A stretch of DNA of 64,000 bases from Candidatus Nanohaloarchaea archaeon. GTDB taxonomy: Archaea; Nanohalarchaeota; Nanosalinia; Nanosalinales; Nanosalinaceae. The stretch covers positions 1 to 64,000 of the forward strand of contig JBDGRK010000022.1 of assembly GCA_042218075.1 (NCBI GenBank). The letters run 5' to 3'. Of this stretch, positions 1 to 7,567 are shown piece after piece (position 1 is the first letter of the stretch; every line of letters begins with the position of its first letter). Both the position numbers and the translations under genes were made by a program. Below the pieces are notes generated by a model. That model was not told the origin of the DNA and did not search any database. It was given only the letters and a program-made list of their open reading frames with translations.

Positions 1-2024
1 TCGTAGGTGCTGCTGTCCGATGCTTTCCCGTTTGACTGCGATTGAACCCTGTCTTTGCCGGGAGCATTGACGTTTACCGCGGTCCAGTAGTTCTTCCACT
101 TGAGGTAGTCGTAATCCTTCTCCAGCTTTGCACCTCCAAGGCTGTACGCGTCATTGTTGTGCTTTGTAGGATAGTAGACAGTGTTTCCGGACTCGTCAGT
201 GTCTTTAGTGTTCGGGTAGTTGGTCTCGGAAACAGTCTTACTTGTATCCGCAAAATTATCCTCCACGCCGTGGAGATTGCTGTGCCTCGTAAGAGCATTA
301 GGAACGTCCCATCCTTTCATATCCCCGTCTCTTCCCCTGTCATTGTCCCAGTACTTAGTCGTCTTCTCTGCCGTCACTCCGTTAGTCACCGATGGAACCA
401 TCTTCTCCGGCACATAGTACTGGACAACCGGAAGTTTCACATGACTTAACTGCGAGTTAACGAAACCAGAATTCTGGTAATCCTCTTGATTCTTGCAGTA
501 TTCAGAGGCCAGTTCTTTCTGCAACTGGTTCCTCGTGTCGCCATTCTTGGCAAATTCAGTTCTGTCCCCTCCACTGTTCAACTTGCAGTAGAAAACGCTG
601 GGCTTCCAGGGATTTACATAACTTGGATAATCCTGGACATTTTTGTACGAGCAATCTGTCCCCTCAGGCGATTCACCGCCGCTCTGCGTTTTTCCGTAGT
701 AAACCTTCTTTTTATCTCCTAGACCTCCCACAAGTGCTTTCGGACAGGTATTCGATTTTACATCTACCGTCCTGTCAGGTGTGTCGCCCTTGAGTTTGCC
801 GTTTACTCTCATTCTTGCGACTAAATCCATCTTCTTATCTTTTTTGAAAGTGTGACTTAATGTTAGTTTACAGTACTGGCCATCTATAGTTGTTCCAGTA
901 TTACCTTCACATCCCTTAGCATCCAGACTTTTGCCTACATTATTCTCAGGTTCCAGAGAAATCTCTACATTTGAGGGATTACTGCTAATTGGCCTGAATA
1001 TAACCTGATATTCGACCTTTTCTCCTTTCATAGGCTCTCTAGTGAAGCTACCCCATGAGCCTTTAACTTCTAGTTTTACAGTAGAAGAAGTGATTCTATC
1101 CCATTTTCCACTGTCAGAGTCAGCAGGTACCACGCACCTGAAAGTGCCGGTATTTGTTTTTACAGAAGCTCCAGCCTTTGAACCACGACAGATATGAAAT
1201 TTGTTAGGTCCGACCAGAATCTGTCCATCAGGCCTGTAAGCTCCATCAGTGTGAACCGGGGTGAAGCTTGATGGCGAGTATCCTATTTTCTTGCCGGGAG
1301 TCCGTAAGTTCTTGTCATAGGAACCGAAGTCTAATTCTTTAACCTCTAAAGGATTTCCATTAGACGGTAGAGAACCGGAAACTGTACTTATAACACCGCC
1401 ATCAGTAATTTTATCCAGATTGTCATTCTGTCCAAGGACTACCCCATTAGCAACAGAATAACTACTTACATCATTTCCATTCAAATCTAATACTCCATCT
1501 TTCTCCGAAATCAGAAGTCTTGGTTCATCACCAGAAGCACTATCCACTCCTGTACCCCTCCAATCCCCATCATTTGTTAAAAAGAAGTGTAGAAGTCTCT
1601 TATTTTTGTTGTAATTCATGGAAACAACCAGATACTTTCCTTCATTAGGTTTCATCGATTCCGGCTTCACGTTGAATTCATGTTCCGCGACCTTGTGTCC
1701 ACTTACGTCCTCATAGACGGTCAGATCGTTTGAACCCGTACTGCAGGCAAAAGTAGCCGGTATGCCAGGAGATCCAGTTTGGGAAAAGCTCTTGAACTTT
1801 CCACCACATGCCTCTGCAGTATACGTAATCGTTTTACATGCAGTTCCGTCTTTCCTAAAGCAATCCATCTGTAATGATATTGTGCTTCCATAATTTACCC
1901 TCTGGTCCGCCTGGAGATTGAAATCGTTGCTTTTATGCAGCGCAGTACCAATAGAAACAAGAGTTATCAACAACACAAGAACTACAGTAGCCTTTACTAC
2001 AGTAGCCTTTCCACGATACTCCAT
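1..2024 (-). CDS. Large secreted/surface protein, Cys-containing, runs off the window edge (>670 aa)
   Basis: Not in the ORF track because no stop is in the window. Manual translation from ATG 2024 gives MEYRGKATVVKATVVLVLLITLVSIGTA (signal peptide), then a G/S/T/N/K-rich region with paired Cys, open to position 3. Confidence 0.85.
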   Translation of the reverse strand, partial: MEYRGKATVVKATVVLVLLITLVSIGTALHKSNDFNLQADQRVNYGSTISLQMDCFRKDGTACKTITYTAEACGGKFKSFSQTGSPGIPATFACSTGSNDLTVYEDVSGHKVAEHEFNVKPESMKPNEGKYLVVSMNYNKNKRLLHFFLTNDGDWRGTGVDSASGDEPRLLISEKDGVLDLNGNDVSSYSVANGVVLGQNDNLDKITDGGVISTVSGSLPSNGNPLEVKELDFGSYDKNLRTPGKKIGYSPSSFTPVHTDGAYRPDGQILVGPNKFHICRGSKAGASVKTNTGTFRCVVPADSDSGKWDRITSSTVKLEVKGSWGSFTREPMKGEKVEYQVIFRPISSNPSNVEISLEPENNVGKSLDAKGCEGNTGTTIDGQYCKLTLSHTFKKDKKMDLVARMRVNGKLKGDTPDRTVDVKSNTCPKALVGGLGDKKKVYYGKTQSGGESPEGTDCSYKNVQDYPSYVNPWKPSVFYCKLNSGGDRTEFAKNGDTRNQLQKELASEYCKNQEDYQNSGFVNSQLSHVKLPVVQYYVPEKMVPSVTNGVTAEKTTKYWDNDRGRDGDMKGWDVPNALTRHSNLHGVEDNFADTSKTVSETNYPNTKDTDESGNTVYYPTKHNNDAYSLGGAKLEKDYDYLKWKNYWTAVNVNAPGKDRVQSQSNGKASDSSTY
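1981..2010. repeat. Perfect 15-bp tandem duplication (ACTACAGTAGCCTTT x2)
   Basis: Read directly; encodes KATVV-KATVV in the signal peptide. Confidence 0.95.
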
Positions 2025-2100
2025 ATACCATCTTGTAAAAACTCGCAATATAAATATGGGTGATAAAGGGATTCGAGGCACTATTCAATTAATATAACTG

Positions 2101-2128
2101 ACTACCTCGGAATCCTCCAGAGCAGTTC
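2101..2128. repeat. Degenerate copy of the DUF1512 gene 3' end (partner at 4432-4459)
   Basis: actacctcggaatcctccagagcagttc vs actacctcggaatcttccagatcagttc, 26/28 identical. Confidence 0.85.
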
Positions 2129-2198
2129 TTTATTGATCTATCCGACCTGTAAGTCCAGCGGATATTGCTCGATTATAAAGCTTTGAGAAGCAGTTATC

Positions 2199-2606
2199 TC
2201 AATTCTCTTCAAGATATTCCAGAATTTTTTGCCTGAACCGCTCAAAATCTTCAAGCTGATCCAGCTTGCCGTAAACTTCTTCATCCTTAATTTCTCCATA
2301 CCTGTGCACCAGGACATTCCTGAAAGCCTTCATGTCTTTCAGTTTCTCTCCCGTTTCCTCATCGAAAATATCAGCCTCGATTAGCTTGTCAAAAATGCTT
2401 TCCTCATCTTCAGGAGCTCCAAGACCTTCCTGCTTCAGAATCAATGAGGAAATATCCACAACTGTTTCAATCGAAAGATGAAGAAGTCTCTCATACTTCC
2501 GTCTTCTCTCCTTATAGGCTTCAAGAGACTTCGGTAAATCTTCACCGAGTTCATCCAGATACTGGTCCATCTGGTCGAGCTTGATCAAAATTCTCTCTTC
2601 ATCCAT
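2199..2606 (-). CDS. HEPN (DUF86/HepT-like) RNase toxin
   Basis: RNVLVHRY (Rx4H plus adjacent Tyr); overlaps the upstream MNT gene. Confidence 0.9.
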   Translation of the reverse strand: MDEERILIKLDQMDQYLDELGEDLPKSLEAYKERRRKYERLLHLSIETVVDISSLILKQEGLGAPEDEESIFDKLIEADIFDEETGEKLKDMKAFRNVLVHRYGEIKDEEVYGKLDQLEDFERFRQKILEYLEEN

Positions 2607-2949
2607 GGGCCTTCACACCTTCAAGGTATTCCCTGTAAAGAGGCTCGAAATCCTCGTATCTTCTTACAAAATCGATAGTCACATCGTAAAACCTTTCCTC
2701 ATCCATGCAGTAGAAAAGCTCTCCCTCCTCAAGCACTCTCTTCCTCACGTACATTGGTAGATCCGAAAACCTCTGGATGTCGAAAACTCCAGGGGCTTCT
2801 CTAACTATCTCCTCCACTCCAGAGTCTGAAAAAACAGCTATATCAATATCGTTGAAATCTTCTCCCCGGGCATAACTGCCATAAAACATCGCTGCATAGG
2901 CTCCAGATTCTTTGAGTATTTCCTCCAATTTTTCAAATTTATCTTCCAT
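2599..2949 (-). CDS. Minimal nucleotidyltransferase (MNT/MntA-like) antitoxin
   Basis: YGSYARGEDFNDIDIAV (GS...DxD). Confidence 0.9.
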   Translation of the reverse strand: MEDKFEKLEEILKESGAYAAMFYGSYARGEDFNDIDIAVFSDSGVEEIVREAPGVFDIQRFSDLPMYVRKRVLEEGELFYCMDEERFYDVTIDFVRRYEDFEPLYREYLEGVKAHG

Positions 2950-3049
2950 AATAGCAGTTTAGCTTGAAAGGTTAAAGTCTCTTTTGCCAAATTACCTGAT
3001 CGAGGAAATTCAAAGACACTTCAGCAACCGAATCCCAAAATTTATATTA

Positions 3050-3070
3050 TTACGAGTATATTACTCGTAA
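3050..3070. promoter_or_regulatory. Palindromic operator between the TATA box and start of the ATPase gene
   Basis: TTACGAGTA-tat-TACTCGTAA, directly after TTTATA (3041) and 2 nt before ATG 3073. Confidence 0.7.
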
Positions 3071-3072
3071 GT

Positions 3073-4425
3073 ATGACCTCAAGGTTCATAGACAGGCAAG
3101 AAGAACTGGACTTTCTGGAAAAGCGGATAGATTCAGAAAGTTTCGAGCTGATACTTATCTACGGCAGGAGAAGAGTGGGCAAGACAGAGCTTGTGAAAGA
3201 GGCTGTAAAGGATCAAGATCACATCTACCACCTTGTGGTAGAGGAAGAGGGAAGCAAGCAGCTGGAGAGCCTCGTTGAAGATGTTTCCAGAGATGACAGC
3301 TTCAGGCCGGATATTGATGAATGGGAAGGTTTCTTCAGATACTTCAGCTCAGATTTCCAGCAGACCACACTGGTGGTAGACGAATTCCCGAGACTTGTTG
3401 AGGAAGATGATTCAATACCTTCAAGATTCCAGAAGTTCGTGGACGAATACCTGAAAGATTCAGAAAACACACTGATACTCACAGGATCCTCCATAGGAAT
3501 GATGGAAGAGCTGATGAGTTACGAAAATCCGCTCTACGGAAGAAGAACCGGACAGATAGACCTCAAACCCTTCGGTTTCAGACAGGCCAGGAAAATGCTG
3601 TCCGGCGCCATAGAGCAGAAGATAAAATACTACAGCATCTTTGGAGGCACACCATTCTACCTCAACCAGGTTGAACCGGATAAAAACCTGAAGGAAAATA
3701 TCAGGGATCAAATCTGTGACAACAACTCCATACTCAACCAGGAACCAAGGATGCTTGTGAGGGAAGAATTCAGGAAACCAAACCGCTACCTTTCGATAAT
3801 GGAGTCAGTCGCAGAAGGAAGAACCACACCCAAGCAAATTTCAGATGACACGAATATTCCACTCCAGAGCATCTCCAAGTATCTAAACCAGCTCAAAAAC
3901 ATCAGGTTACTGGAGCACGAGAAACCTGTTACGGAGAGGAATAAAAGATCCAGGAACGGTATCTACCGTATCAAAGACAACTTCTTCAGCTTCTGGTTCA
4001 GGTATATTTACCCTCATATTTCCGATGTAATAGAAGACCCGGATAAATTCGTAGAGACAGGTATCTCAGGACTCAACAGCTTTTGCGGCGAGAAATTTGA
4101 ACAGGTCTGCAGGGAACTTATCAGGAGCAAAGATTACCCAAAAACAGGCAGATGGTGGTACAGGGAGGAAGAAATAGATATAGTTGGACTAAATGAAAAG
4201 AGATCGAAGATTCTGCTAGGTGAAGCCAAGTGGAGAAAAGAGAAGACAGGTATCAAGACTTACCACAAACTGAAAGAAAAGTCAGAGAAAGTTAGATGGA
4301 AAAACGAAGAGAGACAGGAAAAATATGCACTTTTCTCCAGATCCGGATTCACTGAAGAGCTGAGAGAAAAAGAAGGGGATAACCTCGAACTATACGACCC
4401 TAGTAGGCTAAAGAAGAATTTCTAG
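3073..4425 (+). CDS. Archaeal ATPase with wHTH and DUF234/PD-(D/E)xK nuclease-like C-terminus
   Basis: YGRRRVGKT Walker A, VVDEFP Walker B, LTGSS, GGTPFYL, EIDIV...GEAKW. Confidence 0.88.
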   Translation: MTSRFIDRQEELDFLEKRIDSESFELILIYGRRRVGKTELVKEAVKDQDHIYHLVVEEEGSKQLESLVEDVSRDDSFRPDIDEWEGFFRYFSSDFQQTTLVVDEFPRLVEEDDSIPSRFQKFVDEYLKDSENTLILTGSSIGMMEELMSYENPLYGRRTGQIDLKPFGFRQARKMLSGAIEQKIKYYSIFGGTPFYLNQVEPDKNLKENIRDQICDNNSILNQEPRMLVREEFRKPNRYLSIMESVAEGRTTPKQISDDTNIPLQSISKYLNQLKNIRLLEHEKPVTERNKRSRNGIYRIKDNFFSFWFRYIYPHISDVIEDPDKFVETGISGLNSFCGEKFEQVCRELIRSKDYPKTGRWWYREEEIDIVGLNEKRSKILLGEAKWRKEKTGIKTYHKLKEKSEKVRWKNEERQEKYALFSRSGFTEELREKEGDNLELYDPSRLKKNF

Positions 4426-4432
4426 ATAGAAA

Positions 4433-5728
4433 CTACCTCGGAATCTTCCAGATCAGTTCGTCCTTCATCTTCCTGAGCTCGGACTGGTCTCCTCCAGCGG
4501 GCATCGCTCCCATCAGTCCCATGTAGGAAACCTCTTCCTCCTCCTGTTCCTCGTACTCCTCCCAGTACTTCCTCAGGCGGTTGTGTACCCCGGATACTGA
4601 TTCACGTGTGTCGCCGGCACCGCAGGTGTTGCCGACTCCCACAACAGCCACTTCTCCATCGAACTCTCCCACAATCTCGTTCACTTTCTCGATAGCGGGC
4701 TTGTGGGCCTCGTAAATCTCCTTCTTCATCGGTTTCGAGGCTTCTGGCGGGGACTGCTTTACAACTATCCCTTCGAGCGGAATATCGTGCTCCACCGCTA
4801 CATCTTCAATCTTCGACTTCTCAACTCCGGGTCCTCCCATCATCACTCCGACTCCCTCGGAGACCGAACCCGTCTCCTCGCCTTCAAACTTGGCCGCTGC
4901 ATCCACCGTAATTATTGCATCGAGATTATTGTTTTCAGCCAGCTCCTCCAGCGCCTCACCGTACTTTCCTAGTCTGGCGCCAGGACCGCTCGACTTCAAT
5001 ACGTGGATTTCCTGGTCTCCGAGCTCTTCCTCAGAGTGGACAATGTCCTCCGCGACTTCATCAAGTTCCTCCTCTTCGCTTTCAATCATCTTCGCCGCGA
5101 CAAGAGGCCCTATAGTATCGCCTATCGGCGCCTGGTCGACGAAAGCTCTTGTCGCCTCCTTCTGGGATTCCGCTACCTCGCGGTAGATAGGCATCATCAT
5201 CTGCACCATCTGCACAAGGTAGATCATCTTGGTCTTCTTGATAAGCTGGCGGAAGTGGCGTGTTACCTTGTAGATCTGGTGGGTTCCCATCACGCCCTTG
5301 AAAGCCATGTTGAGATCCGCCTTCTTCTCCTCGTCCTCCGAGTTAGCGGCCTGTTCTATAAACCGGTCAAACTTCTGCTCAGAAGTATCCAGAACATTCT
5401 CCAGCTTTCCCACGAGACCTGCCGGATCAATCCCTGTTGGCTGGGAAAACTTGAAGTCTCTCAGGCTCTCGAACTTTTCAGATGTTCTCTGGTCCATGCC
5501 TTCCTCTAGCTGGTCCTTGAAAAGTGCCTCGGTATCGTTCCTGTAGGCCTCCAGGTCCGCAAGAGTAGAACGGAGTTTCCGGTCTGTCTGCCAGATCATC
5601 AGCTTCGGGAAGAACAGCAGAAGCGCGGGCAGCACCAGGAACGAAAGTATCTGCACAACCATAAATACCTGCTGGAGAAGGCCATCACCTCCCATAGCGA
5701 AAAGACCTGGTAGAGCCATGTCGAACAC
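4433..5728 (-). CDS. DUF1512 family membrane-anchored protein
   Basis: N-terminal TM; PIGDTIGPLVA, VDAAAKFEGEETG, GVGNTCG motifs. Confidence 0.75.
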   Translation of the reverse strand: MFDMALPGLFAMGGDGLLQQVFMVVQILSFLVLPALLLFFPKLMIWQTDRKLRSTLADLEAYRNDTEALFKDQLEEGMDQRTSEKFESLRDFKFSQPTGIDPAGLVGKLENVLDTSEQKFDRFIEQAANSEDEEKKADLNMAFKGVMGTHQIYKVTRHFRQLIKKTKMIYLVQMVQMMMPIYREVAESQKEATRAFVDQAPIGDTIGPLVAAKMIESEEEELDEVAEDIVHSEEELGDQEIHVLKSSGPGARLGKYGEALEELAENNNLDAIITVDAAAKFEGEETGSVSEGVGVMMGGPGVEKSKIEDVAVEHDIPLEGIVVKQSPPEASKPMKKEIYEAHKPAIEKVNEIVGEFDGEVAVVGVGNTCGAGDTRESVSGVHNRLRKYWEEYEEQEEEEVSYMGLMGAMPAGGDQSELRKMKDELIWKIPR

Positions 5729-5805
5729 TGGAATGTGAAGCTTTATAACTCCGGGACACTGCAGATTGAATCGGCTATACTGCGCTAAAACAGTTATAAG
5801 AGAGT

Positions 5806-6366
5806 TTAACTGTCAGATTTGATCTCTCCCAGTATTGCCTCGATTTTCTCGCGGGAAGGATTCGCCTCCATCAGTGTCTCGAAAGTCTTTTCGGGGAGCA
5901 GATTCTCAATCACCCGCTTCTGATCCATCGATACCCCTCTCCCGTCAGGTTCACGCATCGAGTGGAATAGAATTGCGGCGGCGTGGCTCTGGTTTATAGA
6001 AGAGTAACTCCCGGTATCTACATGGACAACCGCATCACAGAGTTCAAGTTCACCAGAACTCAGGCCCGAGCTCTCCCTGCCTATCATGACAGAGGTGTTC
6101 TCCCTGGATTCGAAATCTGAGACTTCAGGACCTCTTCCCGGCTTCGTCCCGACCACGTAATCAAGATCCTCAACGGCTTCCTCAACCGAGTCAAATATCT
6201 CTGCCTCGCGCAACTTACGCTGGGCGTTTGAAGCGGTCTGCCTCGCCTCAGAGAGGTTAAAACCGGGATTGACCATCCTCAGATCAAATCCAAAATTCGC
6301 TGCAAGTCTCGCAATAAATCCAGTGTTTTCAGGTATCTCAGGCTCTACGATAATCGCCTTCTTCAT
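5806..6366 (-). CDS. trmJ: SPOUT tRNA methyltransferase (TrmJ/TrmH family)
   Basis: PENTGFIAR, GRESSGLS, YSSINQSHA. Confidence 0.8.
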   Translation of the reverse strand: MKKAIIVEPEIPENTGFIARLAANFGFDLRMVNPGFNLSEARQTASNAQRKLREAEIFDSVEEAVEDLDYVVGTKPGRGPEVSDFESRENTSVMIGRESSGLSSGELELCDAVVHVDTGSYSSINQSHAAAILFHSMREPDGRGVSMDQKRVIENLLPEKTFETLMEANPSREKIEAILGEIKSDS

Positions 6367-6391
6367 GCAAAAACTTCACCATTGATTTAAT

Positions 6392-7075
6392 CTAGTTGCC
6401 GAAGCTGAAACTTCCCGCTTCAACCTTTCCAACCTTTCCATCCAGCCTCACCGTTTTATTCCCGGGCAGTATCTGGATGTCGCCCTTGAAACCGGTTATC
6501 CTGACAGTTCTGGAACCGTTCCTCAGCCTGGTCGTGGTTCCCTCGGAGACGAACCTGGCCCTTGCATCCCTGAAAGTCAGTGATTTCGCGAACGCATCCT
6601 CAACGGTAATCAGGGATGTCTCAGTCTCGAAGCTTATTCTTGCGTTTTCAGAAAGGTTCACACCCGAGGTAGTCACACCTGCGATGCTTCCCCGTATCCT
6701 GGTAACGTTCGACGGCCTTATGCTTCCCCTGAAACCGTAAAGTTTGATGTCGATGTCGGAGTCCACCCTTCCTGCCCCAAGCTCAAGCTCTGTCAGGTTA
6801 GAGGGAGTCACCGATGCATGCCTGAGCCTCAAAGTCTCATCCCGTAGCTCTCCTGCTTGTATCTCCGCCTCGAAGCTGCTGGTTGGCTCTGGAGGAGATA
6901 AAAGTGCGTTCCTCAATGCGCTCACAGGATTCTTTGCTACAGAAGAAATGCCAAGCCCGGAACTCATGCTCCTTCCGTTCGCCAGCTTGGCGTCCTGAAG
7001 GTCGCCGCCCGAGGTCGAAACAGAGAGAGCCGTCAGGGTAACCAAGACCGCGGCAAGGATTTTCCCGTCCAGCAT
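6392..7075 (-). CDS. Hypothetical secreted/anchored beta-rich protein
   Basis: N-terminal hydrophobic segment; alternating beta pattern. Confidence 0.7.
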   Translation of the reverse strand: MLDGKILAAVLVTLTALSVSTSGGDLQDAKLANGRSMSSGLGISSVAKNPVSALRNALLSPPEPTSSFEAEIQAGELRDETLRLRHASVTPSNLTELELGAGRVDSDIDIKLYGFRGSIRPSNVTRIRGSIAGVTTSGVNLSENARISFETETSLITVEDAFAKSLTFRDARARFVSEGTTTRLRNGSRTVRITGFKGDIQILPGNKTVRLDGKVGKVEAGSFSFGN

Positions 7076-7117
7076 ACCCCAAAATGAGACTTTGATCGAT
7101 TTAAAACCACAAGGTTG

Positions 7118-7567
7118 TCATTCTCCATCATCCAGTCTGTCCACAATTACTTGCTTCGTCGACTCTTCGTCTTCAGAACCGTTCCTCCTCCATCTGAACT
7201 CCCTCAGCTTGATCTCCTCTTTCAACCTGGAGTAAGCAGCTTTCAGCGGCATCATCAGCATCTTCACAGCGCTGAAGGGAACAGAGATGATCTTCTCCAG
7301 AAGGTAAAAAGCCGAGGCCAGGAACGCGTACACCATGTATAGAGTCGCGCCCAGGAATGCGTAGGTCAGCATCTGGTTGAACGAAAACTGGTAGGAGAAG
7401 ACCTGGGACAGAGCCGCGTAGAAGCCGGCCGAAAGCACCGATACCGTAATTGTCTCGAAAACCATCTTCATTATCTTGAAAGCGACCACGAATACCAGCA
7501 CCAGTAGAACAAGAAGGATTACAGTGGCGAACTGTTCCGGTACCTGCGAAATTAGAGGAAGGTTCAA
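7118..7567 (-). CDS. Hypothetical membrane protein (about 3 TM)
   Basis: Three hydrophobic segments; overlaps the upstream stop. Confidence 0.75.
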   Translation of the reverse strand: MNLPLISQVPEQFATVILLVLLVLVFVVAFKIMKMVFETITVSVLSAGFYAALSQVFSYQFSFNQMLTYAFLGATLYMVYAFLASAFYLLEKIISVPFSAVKMLMMPLKAAYSRLKEEIKLREFRWRRNGSEDEESTKQVIVDRLDDGE

